Source of the DNA: Syncephalis fuscata S228
Lineage: Eukaryota; Fungi; Zoopagomycota
Assembly: GCA_025786725.1 (NCBI GenBank)
Contig: JAHLTZ010000007.1
Span: 186,001 to 250,000 of the forward strand
Reading direction: 5' to 3'
Length of the DNA stretch: 64,000 bases
Notes under the pieces: generated by a model
Database searches by the model: none
Seen by the model: the letters and a program-made list of their open reading frames with translations, nothing else
Told to the model about the DNA's origin: nothing
In this document: positions 24,233 through 36,789 of the stretch, piece by piece
Layout of the letters: each line of letters starts with the position of its first letter
Position numbering within the stretch: the first letter of the stretch is position 1
Program-made: the position numbers and the translations under genes

Positions 24233-24871
24233 TAGATTGTTCGATCATAAATTAATGCAAAGTTATTATAATGTATTCAGCAAGCTGCTTCAGCCGTATG
24301 TGTTTAATTTTGAGTATACAACAGTGATGTACGATATATTAACCAATGGCAATGATTTGATAAAAATGGTTTATGATGGATGCACACACCAAAATTGCGC
24401 TAGACAAGTTGTAGAATCAGGATTTAATATTGGCAAATTCCATATACATTCTTACCAGTCTGCAGGTCAATGGTAACAAATCGCCACAGCTTCAACGGTT
24501 AAGGTTATCTGAAAAATTTTATTGTTAGCACTTAATATTGATCTAATTGCGTGTAAATTACCATGTAGATAGTGTGCACTTAGTATAAGCACGCGCATGG
24601 ATGGTCACTTTTAATAGAGCATTAATCATCATAGCTAGTACTGTTTTATTGGTGTTTAAGCAATATTTTGTCATAATATATTTAATAGCTAATAAATAAA
24701 GTCGCTGGCTAGCTGTAATGTAGAATTACAAAAGTCTTTCTTTTATTGTTAGTAGTCTGTGGAAAATAAAATATAAAATAATAATGTTGAAGTCGTGGTG
24801 TATATAATTCAACGAACGTAACGAGTGAAATGATATATATTAGAATAAATATACAATAGTAATAATAAAGA

Positions 24872-25050
24872 CAAATAGAGGATATGTACATACTGGATAA
24901 TAATTTATGATGATGAATATTATTATGACTAGTGTCACTCACCACCCATCATATGTTCAATAAAAAGAATGTCTAGTTCAATTGTGTAAATATTATCAGA
25001 TGTATTCATTTTACCCACAAATCATATTAAATTGCCAATAAATTGTTAAT
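24872..25050 (-). repeat. Dispersed repeat end-module, copy C (inverted)
   Basis: Reverse complement ttgaacatatgatgggtggtgagtgac...catcataaattattatccagtatgtacatatcctctattt matches 15299-15389 ttggacataatattgggtggtgagtgc...catagatttattatccagtatgcatatatcttctattt. Confidence 0.8.
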
Positions 25051-25629
25051 ATTAATGTGATAGCAACAATAGAAATAAACTATTGTTACCATGTTAGTTT
25101 TGTATGTGAGTAGTGATAAAACGTTATCTGATTACTCTACAATGGCCATTATACAACATTTCTAATATTTATATGCATGACATTTCTTAATAAGCACAAT
25201 TATCATAAGATGATCATTATTCAATATGTTTATATGTGCCAGCAAGCATTCGTTCTGCGCATATCATTGCACTATTATCGTCTACTTTCCAAACCAAAAC
25301 AGTAACTCGCCTTTTATCAACAATGGTGCGTCATCGGTCTGTTCCAAACAGATAATCTCTCATCTCACTCTTACACAAACACTAGCGGTAATTGGTCGAA
25401 AAGAGACAAGGATGCGCGATTTTGAGGTATTTTTCCACCAATCATCGCTAGCACATGTGTGAGTGACGTGAGGGAATTAATCAGCATGGAACAGATTGAC
25501 AACGTGCCGCGTTCAACTTGGTCAAGAGCTATTTAAAGCGGCCACTTGACCAAGACCTATCTTCCTCACTTGTCTTCTTTCTATTTGCTCTGTTCTTTTC
25601 AGATCTCATTTTCTTTTACTTTTACAAAC

Positions 25630-26264
25630 ATGGTCAAAGCTGTAGCTGTACTCCGTGGCGATAGCAAGGTTACTGGCACGATCCAGTTTGAACAGGCCGA
25701 CGAAAACTCTCCAGTCATCGTCAGCGGTAGCTTGAGCGGTCTTAGCCAAGGCCTCCACGGCTTCCACGTCCAGTAAGTAATGGTGGTAAAACCAAACTGT
25801 ACTGCTTGAAAAAACTAACCACTGGTTATAGCGAATACGGTGACAACACCAACGGTTGTACCTCGGCTGGTGGACACTTTAATCCATTCTCCAAGACACA
25901 CGGTGCACCAAATGACGAGAACCGCCACGTCGGCGATCTTGGCAATGTTACTGCCAATGCCGATGGCACGGCTAACGTCCATATTTCGGATAGTCAAATT
26001 AAATTGATTGGCCCATTGAGCGTGATTGGGTAAGTAGCATTTGATATTGATAACAATTCATTATTAATATTATATTTCTTTAGCCGTACCATTGTTGTCC
26101 ATGCCGATGAAGATGATCTTGGCAAGACTAGCCATCCGCAGTCGTTGACCACCGGTAATGCTGGTGGGCGCGAAGCCTGTGGCGTCATTGGTAAGTTGCA
26201 CAGCAATTAGCATCGACTGTATCACTGCAAGTACTCATACATTTGTTAAGGCATTTCTACCTAA
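25630..26264 (+). CDS. SOD1: Cu/Zn superoxide dismutase, 4 exons
   Basis: [19 protein letters not shown]|[31 protein letters not shown]|[26 protein letters not shown]|GIST*. Confidence 0.98.
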
Positions 26265-26464
26265 TTACCCAATTACTTGTATCAGAAAGTGTGTACATGC
26301 ATAATTGAATACTTTCTGCAAATAAACATGATGTTAATAACTTGCAAAGTTATATATAGTTGTATATTTATTTAAATGATAGTATAGCTTTCTTTCAATT
26401 ATTATCACAACACTCTTGTTTACACATACGCACCTATACATTCTATAAATATAAATATATCAAA

Positions 26465-28862
26465 ATGCAAGCACAGGTGTGTTTCAATGTTGTATGCGGT
26501 ATTTTACTGGTAAACTTAACTACTAGCTGTAGATGATTCGTACAAAGCAAGGGCATACAGAGACATCCACGGTGCAGAGCAGTGGTGTGCTTGTAAAGCA
26601 ACTGCTTCTCACGGGCGTTACTTGTATCGCCTATCTTCGGTAAGCCACATGGAAATGCATCATGTGTCCTACAAGTATACAAAGTTCCTTCTTCGATGAA
26701 GATGTCTATGCTGATGATAAATACGATGGTAAGTGCTATGACGTATTTACTTACTTTGATAACATTGTATGCTAGGACAATCCATTAAACGATTGACTCG
26801 TGGCAAATCGTCAGAGGCCGATACAATGCTTGACTGGATTGTATGTAACTGTTTAATTGTTAGGTAGATAAATATACTTATAGTTCTAATAGGAAATTGG
26901 ATGCTTTGAGGCATTGGATCGGCGCTATGTATGCACTAATACACTGTTAAATCGGCATATAGCTAATCATTTTGTCAATAGTTACGATCGGCAGTTATTG
27001 GTGTTTATTTGGATTCAAGTAATCCACAGCAATTCGCCGAGTCTTACACCTTCAACATCGACTATTCGGACGCTACGTCAACAGCCAGCACGGAAACAAA
27101 CGGATCCGAGCTTGTCAAACAAAACATCAAGCAGTTGATACGTCGGCTGATTCTTTTAACACAAACTTTGCCTGTAAGCTAATTACAATAACATTGTAGC
27201 AATGAAATACTAATCAAAACACTCTTTAGCCACTCCAAGTATGTTCAATCTTTTTGGTTTAAATAGTATAATAATATTGATTTAAGATAAACGATTTGTT
27301 TCAATGCGTCTTTATTATTACGATGATCAAACACCAGCATTTTACGAACCACCGGGATTCATAGCTGCAACAACGAGCAAAGAATGACTAGTTTTTCATA
27401 CAAGCCTGAATTTGTAAATATTGGACAAGCCAGACTATCCTATCACAAGTAAGTTGTAGTCTATGAGCTGTATTATAGTTGATTAATAATGACTATATAA
27501 TTAGTATTGGCATGCAAATTAAAACTATTGTCGATAACTTGAATGAGGTGACGGCTGCAGCTGCCGCTCACCGAGCCTGCACTGCCTGGCATCAATGGTA
27601 TATGCAGTCAAGGATCACAAGATACACCAAGCACTGTTTGGGGGAACAACGCAAGTCAATACAATACCCAGAGACAGGATAGTGTATGCTCTAGTGTACT
27701 TGATACATCTCAAGTGAGTTCATTGGTGATTTATTGGCCATTGTTAATAGCATAGTTTAGCACACAACACAATTGAAGAAGATGTTTAAAGATGCAGATT
27801 GTCATATGACACAAATGCCACAACAAGGTAAATTCATTTACTTTATTCCATTAGTTGCTCATTAAATGCAGACTTTGAATCATCACTGGCCGAGTTTCAA
27901 GAAACACAGCCGATACGCATCAACACTGGTGTAGCAGGTACAAACATGGATATTGTTCGTGAATGCGACAGCAGACTTACGGTAGAATGTCCGTGCGGCA
28001 TTAAAGCATCAGAACGTGATATGGTAAGCGTTTAGTCGGGTATTATTAGCTATTAACACAATGCTTTAGCTTTGCTGTGACTTGTGTCGCAACTGGGGAC
28101 ATCTTTACTGTTATGGATATTTAAGCCGTACGGATGCACGACTACCCAAGCGACATATATGCTATACGTGCACTGTAAATCATCTTAATGCACAGGGCAA
28201 ATTATTGACCATTAAGAAGCAGAATATGCGCCACATAGCACTAAATCGTCGGGCATTAGGCATTATTTGGAATGAAGGATGGCCTAATACGGCCGCCATG
28301 TTTACTCGGCGTGCTGGTAGGCATTTTATACTTACATGTTACTTTCTAATATCATTTAGGTGTATCGTAAATACCGGCACGCGTCTTAAGCGTTTTTTGA
28401 TACAAAATGGCTTTTTATTTAGCACTAGAAGTACTGATGGCAAAAGAGTAACTAGCCTCCAAGTGAAACGTCTTGGTATGACGGCAAAATACAAAAGCTT
28501 TTTCGAACCTGAACAGTTTTATCGTTTTGTATTGTCACCAGAACCTGAAAATGTTCAACCGCAATTATCAAGCGACTTACAGCCTAGCCATGGATTGTTT
28601 AGTCAAGAAGTATACTCGCTAAAAACACAAAATGAAGTGGCAAGTTCCAACGATAGTCGACAAGCAGCAAATAAATCAATCCAGGTAATAAAAAACTACT
28701 AAATCAACACAATTTTAATATAGACAATATCTGATGCCATAAAAGTTTATTGATGAAAATGAACAAAGCAATGGACAGGATATCCATCAAGGACCATCTC
28801 GCAAATCAACAACACCACCACCCATCAAGATATCCATTACGCTTAAAGCAATTTGTATCTAA
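26465..28862 (+). CDS. HOP1: Meiotic HORMA-domain axis protein Hop1 (HORMA + PHD + winged helix), many short exons
   Basis: HORMA motifs after splicing: LVKQLLLTGVTCIAYLR|SFFDEDVY, EADTMLDWI|EIGCFEALDRRY|LR, ESYTFNIDY, IKQLIRRLILLTQTLP|PLP, MRLYYYDDQTPAFYEPPGF. PHD: ECPCG...CCDLCRNWGHLYCYGY...HICYTC, then IALNRRAL. Several single-base frame breaks. Confidence 0.88.
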
Positions 28863-28904
28863 TTAGCATAATAAAGCATTACTTGCAATAGTATAACGCC
28901 ATAC

Positions 28905-29567
28905 TTATAAGCTGTTTAGATTATTATAAAAATCTCGTATATAGCCACTCCATGATGTACCGAACCATTTGTCTAATGACCAGTAGCAACACCATTCGAT
29001 AAACCATAATGGTAAATACATAGTTTTAGCCGTGAAATATGCCATATATCTTCCTAAACGAGTATTTAATAAATACTTTAAGACTTTAATAAACATCGCT
29101 ATTATTCTTTTAAATGAACTTTGGTTAATTTGTTCGTTGTCTTCATTTGTTAGTAGTGGTGTAGAAGGCGGTGTTGGACTTGTAATGAATATTGGCACAT
29201 CCATAACTGCTGGTTCATTGAGTGGTGCAATATGTGTAAACTCTGATGGTAATGAATGAAAACTCGTATCATTATTACTTATTGTTTCCATAAGCAAAGA
29301 TGCCGATTCGGATTGATCGCTAGTGGTTTCTGTTGATTCGCTTTCCTTTATATTAGTGCCATAATCTACTGACTTGAGAGTAGCAGGACTGTTGACGGTG
29401 TCGGTTGCCGTATCAAGAAGCTGCGTACTACTCGATGCACTAGTGCCATTTACTCGAACACCACGTCTGCGATGATGCGGTTTTCCTTGCTTTACTCGCT
29501 GTTTCTTCGCTTTAAGCGCCTCCCATACACTTGGACCTTTATGATGGCTTTTCTTGCTTGATATCAT
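28905..29567 (-). CDS. Hypothetical protein (basic N-terminus, S/T-rich middle, aromatic amphipathic C-terminus)
   Basis: Intact 220-aa ATG ORF with protein-like composition; no family recognised. Confidence 0.6.
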   Translation of the reverse strand: MISSKKSHHKGPSVWEALKAKKQRVKQGKPHHRRRGVRVNGTSASSSTQLLDTATDTVNSPATLKSVDYGTNIKESESTETTSDQSESASLLMETISNNDTSFHSLPSEFTHIAPLNEPAVMDVPIFITSPTPPSTPLLTNEDNEQINQSSFKRIIAMFIKVLKYLLNTRLGRYMAYFTAKTMYLPLWFIEWCCYWSLDKWFGTSWSGYIRDFYNNLNSL

Positions 29568-29945
29568 AGTGAGTGAGTAAAGCGAGGAAATAGTACAGGT
29601 ATCAATTGAATAGAATCAGTTGTATCATTATAAACAGTACTTATTGGCATGATATATCAGCCGTATTAGAGCATAAGTTATCATTAAATTAATTATTTAC
29701 AATAATCAATGATCAATCGTTATCTAAGCAGTCATTATTTTATTGGTGGTTAATTGGTGGTAGATTGTCAACTTTGACATCCTAAACAACAACACACACA
29801 TTGATAACCGCCAGATATTTTTTCCCTCACAATCCCATACGTTTTTAATTTGACGCAAAAATACAAATATTTTCTTTATAAACTTGTCCCTAATCCTTGA
29901 CATTTGCCAGGTAATTTAACCAACCGATAATAGTAATAGCATAGC

Positions 29946-31323
29946 ATGGCGACACAAACATCGCGTGGCTTGCGAACACAAGCGCGGGAAACTATTTTGG
30001 AATTACTAGAGTTGGCATCTTCAGACGAAGAATTACCAGCTACAACTGCTGCTGCTTTACTTATCAGTGACGACGACGACGAAGAGGAGGAGGAATACAA
30101 TAATAACGACAATGAAAATGATATAGAACCACCTTTTGTAGCAAAATACTCTATATTTAGTAGTGAGAATAGCCAATCGATTAATGAAAGCTATAGTCGT
30201 GCATCGACGGTAGAACCGTTATCGACAAACTATCGACCAAGTGAATCTAGTGGCAGTAATATTCCTCTATCGTCGACTATACTCAATACACTTGGTCTAG
30301 CACTACCAGGTGGCGGCCAGATTAAAACACATTCGTTATCGACGACCGCTACATCTACTAAACATTTACCAGTAAAATCACCAAGTATAGGCGTTGAATT
30401 GGAATACAATGGCGACATAGAAGAGGAAGAAGAAGAGGAAGAGGGAGAAGAAGGTGATAATGCAAATACTAATTCTTTACTATCTCCATTGGCTACAAAA
30501 CCCGCTTATAAACGACGAGCAGTTATTCCAGATAGCCACGCAATGAATAAAAAGGGTTCAATCGTTATGCGCACTAGTGCTAATAAAAATAGGCCATTCC
30601 ATCGAACCAATATATGGTTTAGTAGTGATGCGCAATCGGCAATGTTGCCCGAGGTTGGTAAGTAATTATATATTGTTTATATTTAAATAAATATACTAAG
30701 CAATCGATTAGATCCAGAAATTGAGTTACTTGATAAACAGGACAAGCTATTAAGGAAAATGGATGACGAGATACGTATTCTTAAAGCGATGGAAGATCGA
30801 ATACAAACTCGACTAAACACAGTAGAGGTAAGTAACAGTGATATAATTGTTAAAAAGTCTAATGGAATGTTTTAATAGGCAGAAGCAAAATTATGGAAGA
30901 CTATTTGCTCTCTAAACCATCAGGACGCAAACTAATTGACGAAGAACAACAAGCAGCTATTCAACTACAGGCAAGTATCTGATTATTCTATTCAACAATA
31001 GTTAACTAACAAATGAATAAATACAGCACGATTTACTAAAAAGCATGCTCGATTCAATGAGCTTCTCGCTTGACGCAACTACAGTTGATTTATCCACTGC
31101 TATATCGAGTCCAGCAACCATGCCATTGATTCTTGACACCTAATAGTATTCTACACCAGCATCTTTGCACGATTTAGCAGCAATTGAAGCGCTACTGGAT
31201 CAATCACACGAAGACTTGATAGAACATGATATTGATATACTACACGAATTTACCATGACGGATATTAGTGCATCATCTTTAGTAAGTACGCCTATTGATT
31301 CAACTCAACCAACAGCAATGTAA
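29946..31323 (+). CDS. Hypothetical acidic/coiled-coil protein, about 4 exons
   Basis: 239-aa first exon; donor at 30658; coiled-coil exon PEIELLDKQDKLLRKMDDEIRILKAMEDRIQTRLNTVE; GC-AG intron 30971-31026; apparent indels near 30930 and 31140. Confidence 0.55.
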
Positions 31324-31463
31324 AGCGATGGATCTAAGAAGACAGTAAAGGCATACGCAAACAATCTCTATTTATCAATCATTTGATTGTACATTATATT
31401 CTTAAGCTAACTAATCAATAAAATTATAAATTTATTTAAAACGATTCACATAAAATGCAATAA

Positions 31464-33923
31464 TTAAGTGGGAACTGGATTGTCTAAGGCATCGCACCAA
31501 CCATCGATGGGTAGGCAATTTAAATATTTGCACCAAGGACAGGTGCTTTGAGGATCGGTATTGGTGTAGAACACGGTAAACAGCACGGCGAATAAGGCAA
31601 TCGTTACTAATGCACCGATCCATCGACTAATCTTCCAGAAACGGCCGGCCATCGGGGAAGAAAGGCCAGTGAAGTAAAAATGCCAAACAGGAATCCGCCA
31701 ATGTGAGCAAAGTTATCAATGCCCGGTAGTAAGCCAAGTACAAACGAAATAATAATAATAATAATAAGTTCGGCCATTTGGCGGCCACGATTTGCCGTTT
31801 CATTCCAATGTTGTAGTAGATCGATCATGCTGGCGGCAAGCAGTGCAAACACACATCCAGATGCGCCCAAGGATATCATACTTATTGGTGATACTATTGC
31901 ACCAAGAAGAAATCCGCCAATACCGCTAAGTAAATAAATGGGGCTAGTCGAAATGCACCCCATTCACGCTCCATTTGCATTCCTGTGCGCCATTGGAATA
32001 TACCATTAAATAAAAGATGGATAATACCACCGTGTAGAAACATTGGAATAATAAACCGATACCATTGGTCGGGATGGTTCGAGGGAAAGCCGCCAAATCC
32101 ACACACATCAGCAAGTGACATATTTTCGCTGGTGCCAGGAATCGAATTGGTGTGTTATCGAGTGCAGTTGGTCGCATACACATTGTAAAACGAGCACCAC
32201 TCCTAATCCAAGCCAATGTACCTGGACCGATTAAATAGTTGAACTGATCGCCCGTAGCAATAAACGAGCCAGTTAACTGATAATTCACCACCATTTCTAC
32301 TAATAATACCACCACTTGGACGGCAATAATAGACGCCATAAATAACGGGCGGTATTGACCTTCACGGTCGTGTATTACCGTGTTGGCCATATCCTGTGTG
32401 GCAAGACTCATACGCTTTGCACGCGTCTCATCACCGACCGCGTATTTAAACATTTGAGTAAGTCGTTGACTGGCCCGATTATTACTTTCTTCAGCAAAGT
32501 GGGCACGATAGGGACTTGGTGATGCCATTTCTACAGCATGATAGTCTTCATGACTATATTCATGCGCGTGCCAGCTTTTAGGGAATGTAGTTGTGATGTC
32601 GGGTTGTCATGGTGCAACTGATCAATAGGCGGGCTGCACTATACGATCCTCTTCACGATAAGTAGACATCGATAGGGCGTCGTGTTGATCATCGGCATTG
32701 TGTTGGTGGTCATGTGTTGATGATATAAAGTAGCATGGCCTATTGAGCTAGATTGAGTAATTGCTCCAGTCTTTAGATTACGATCGATAGCTTTAAAGTC
32801 ATATGGATTAGGTTCAGAATCAAGTTGATGTGGACGTGCCGTTCTCCAATGTGGCAAACTTTGTGATTTTTCCATCGAATGTTCATCATCCATTGATCGT
32901 TGATTTTGTTGAAATGCTGCATTATTTACTGCGTATACTTCATGTGTACGTGAAGACTGAGACTTTTGTCTAGACACAGGTGAGCTAATATCATTTTGTG
33001 CAACGCTAATAGGTACTGCTTGATGGTCATGATAAATATTTGAGTCGTCTTCTTCATCTTCTTGTGTAGTGTGCATTTGTGCACGATATTTGTGTGATAT
33101 TGGTGGACTGCGATGACCTTCGCTCGTACTACGAAGACTTTGGCGATTAGATTGTGCCGTATAGAAGCTATTATTGGATGTATTTGATGGTGATTGGGCA
33201 TAAACGTTAGATGAATAAAATTCAGTCTGTTTAAACGACGATAAAGGCGATGCTGTCTCTTGGCTAGCACCACGAACTGCATATGACAGTTGAGAACCAG
33301 CAGATGGTGAATAATTACTTTCAGTATACGCTGGCTGGTATTGTTGTTGTCTGGCAGCACTGTTATTAATATTATTGTTATTATTATTATTATTACTATT
33401 ACTATTCGAAATAGTTGACCAAGGATCAGGTGTACCATACTGATCTCTACGCTCTAATGTAGGCATCGCACGGACTGTATCATAACTGTCATCTCTACTA
33501 AGGGCTACTAATGAAGGTGCGTTTGACTTTAGGCCTTGTCCAAACGAACGACGACTACTAACAGAGTAGCTATGTTTGTGAAATGAGTCACTTTGATAGC
33601 TATTGTTATTTGTATTAGAAAAATTAAAAGAATTATCAAAGTCCGATATAGATGCATTGCCATCTGCTCCTAAAACATCACTAGCCCGACTACTGCGCAT
33701 CGATGAAGTGTATGAAGCGGCAACAAAGCTATCACCCTCCATCGTGCTCCTCAACGTCGGCCCATGTCTCGGCACGAGCATCAGCCGCTTGGCGATGTAT
33801 ATGAGGTGAGGGCGGAGATAGTGACGCCTGCGTCTCGTCCTCGCGGTCTGCAGACGATTGAAAGTACCGCCCGCTCCCACTGGGCCCATTATAAGGACCT
33901 GTAGGCTTAGTTCGAGCAAACAT
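31464..33923 (-). CDS. Rhomboid intramembrane serine protease with long N-terminal extension; frame-broken in this assembly
   Basis: PDQWYRFIIPMFLHGGIIHLLFN; catalytic SLGASG; catalytic His in PGIDNFAHIGG; C-terminal CPWCKYLNCLPIDGWC. About 7 single-base indels join the ORF fragments. Confidence 0.9.
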
Positions 33924-35196
33924 GCCGTATTATGTTGTACGGCGACCACGCTCTATGAGCGGAGTGAAGCGAATCAGGCGATGATCAAATGCTGCTTAAA
34001 ATACTAATTGAATAAGGAGACGTGATAAAGTAATATATAGAAAACGTCTGGCAAAAGAATATGGGAAATCGATAGATAATGTGTTAAGGCGTGCAGGCCC
34101 CTAACTCACGCACTTCTCTCTTTCTTTCTTCTCTAGCACAGGTAAAAAGAGAGGAGGCGAAGAGTGACTATGCGGCTGTGTCACAAAGAAGGATGGACAT
34201 AGAAGGAAGTAAGCCACGACAAGCACATTCAGGTTTTTGTTCATTGAAATCAAGTTAATCGTTTATTCGGTGCGTTTTTTTGACATCATTTACATCTAGG
34301 AATAGATTAGTAACACTCAGAATGTATAAATAAAATTTTATAATAACATTTTAATTAGATTAAAAATAAGCCAATCTAGAACTTTGTCACATTTACTTGT
34401 GTATTTGAGGTAGAGTAGTGGTTCTAACAACAACAACAACGATAGTCATTATAGTAATAGCCATTACAATAACAATACATTGAGTTATTAGCCTATAAAT
34501 CCGTTATACTGAATTATTATCTATCTGATTACTAAAACGAATAGATAAATAAATTGATTGATAAATTGATAAACGAACAAACGTGGGTATGCCACGACAA
34601 TAAATTTAGTAGGATCGTCGCTTTTACGTTGTAGTGGGGCATCGTAATAAATAGTTCTTGGCATAGATTATTCTGCATAGATTGGTAGATTGTATAGATT
34701 ATATAGATTCATGGCTATTATCAACGTGCTTATAATACATATCATAGCAGCCATTAACATAACCAGTCAATGTTATTAATTAGCTTGATTCTACCTATAG
34801 TCAAACAGGCGGTTGTATAGAAGTGAATAGAGATTTGGTATCGCTACCATTGGGCTTTGCCTTGTACTGGTTTTCCATGCCATACAAGTCGATGGTTAGA
34901 CACTGCTCTAAATGGCATTAATTCCTCCTATTTTTCTCCTCTATTTTACTTAAGCAGCCATGCTGTAAGTAGTTTATTCATTTCTAAACTACTTGCTTCA
35001 ATCATACTTTTCATTTGTTCATTATTGTTGGCATAAAGCATACAAGGCTAGACCTGCTAGTTGATGTCAGTAGTCTTTCAACCTAACCTATACATTCCCC
35101 ACTATACTGCCGCTTAAGGCCAATTCCGTGCGTTTTAGCCGCTCAATCAGCAATCTATTTTTTTTCGTCTACATTTGATTATTGCCACATAGTAGC

Positions 35197-36789
35197 ATGT
35201 CTACAACGTACGGTGGTTCGAACGAACAGCAAGACGGGCTAGAGTCGGTCCGGCCGATAGAAGAAACGAATCAAACTAGTGCCGTGGTTACGAATACACC
35301 TCAACGGCCACCACTGTTACCTTCATATACACAAGTACTAAGGGATACTGCTGCTACTTCTAACTCTACTACTACTACAACTGCTACTACTTCACCTGAA
35401 ACGCAACACCAAACATCGTCCAACGGTGCTACTCGTAGCGATAATAATAGCAATGACACGCATGTGCCTACTATTATCACTACACAGCACAATGATCCAG
35501 TTCGTTTAAGACGGTCCCAGTCGTTTTCTTCTTGGCGTTTCTCACAAGCTGGCAGCACCAATAATGCAACAAGCTATCCAAACTCGTTGCCATCTTCAAG
35601 AAGAGCATCGTTGGATGCTGGTATGGCGACTGTAAACAATTCTAGCTCCCATTTACTTCTTTCACAGCCATATATATTACGCAGTCCATATAATCCATAT
35701 CCTGATCCAGGCTTGCCACCACCAGACAATTTACACTTGCATGCACCACAGGCTCGTGCGCGTCAAGCCTCTTTGGGCCGCATTGCATCAACAAGTCGTC
35801 GTGATGTAGGATCAACAAATCAAAGAGTCGGAACATTAAATGTCGATACGACAAATGCAACTCAGTCAAACACACGTAACAACAACCGTCAGATACCATT
35901 GATGTCAACTTGGTCATTTACACGACATCGTTCAAACGATAGTGGCCTAGAGGGTGCCATATATGCAAGTGAAAACCCATATCGTGCTGAAATAAAACGA
36001 ATGCAGACCCGTGTAGTGCAGTGCCGTCGACTACTTATATTGCCAATTCTTATATTTATTGTACTTTGTGTATCGGCAAGTGGATTCAAGTCTTTCTTTT
36101 TACCGGTTCCCATTTTAATCATATTTATTAACGCATTTATGATGGTAAGTAGCATGGCTACTATTTCAATCAAGTAATAATAATGCTAATAGCATTTGTA
36201 TTTATAGTTATATATACTGCGACGTAAACGTGCAGAGAAACAGGCAAATCTATGGGAACTTCGAATGGCCCGGCAACGTGATGAAATGCATGGCCAGCTT
36301 GAATCGCGTCTCATGTCAGAGGCTACGCGACAATTAGACGCTAACAACTTGCATTATCAAGAGGATATGGATGGTGATGAAGCGCTGCTGGCGGGCTTTC
36401 CTATCCGCCCACCCCCTACTTATGATCAAGCAAAGCGTGTTCCACCTCCGCACAACGAAGCAATTCGTGAATATGAACATGCAGTGGCCCTTGCTCTATC
36501 GCGTATTGGTACACCACAGCCATCAACGGCAGATCTACATGCACGCCCTAGTGTTGATGTTCATTCCATTGGTGCCAGCACATCTGCCTCTAACTATTAT
36601 GACGCAGATTCAATGGAACTAACACCTGTTATACCCTCTTCTTCAGTTACAATTACTATTGAAGAACAAGCAATTGATGAATCTGCATCCTCTGAGCCTG
36701 ACATTGCACATTCATCGGAAGAAAACATTACAGTAACCATTGTTGACAATGCTACCACTACAGTTACTACAACGGCTTTATCGCACTAA
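35197..36789 (+). CDS. Two-TM membrane protein with PY motifs (candidate Rsp5/Nedd4 adaptor), 2 exons
   Basis: LPSY in the N-terminal region and PPPTY after the hydrophobic hairpin LLILPILIFIVLCVSA...FFLPVPILIIFINAFMM; intron about 36144-36207. Confidence 0.65.
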
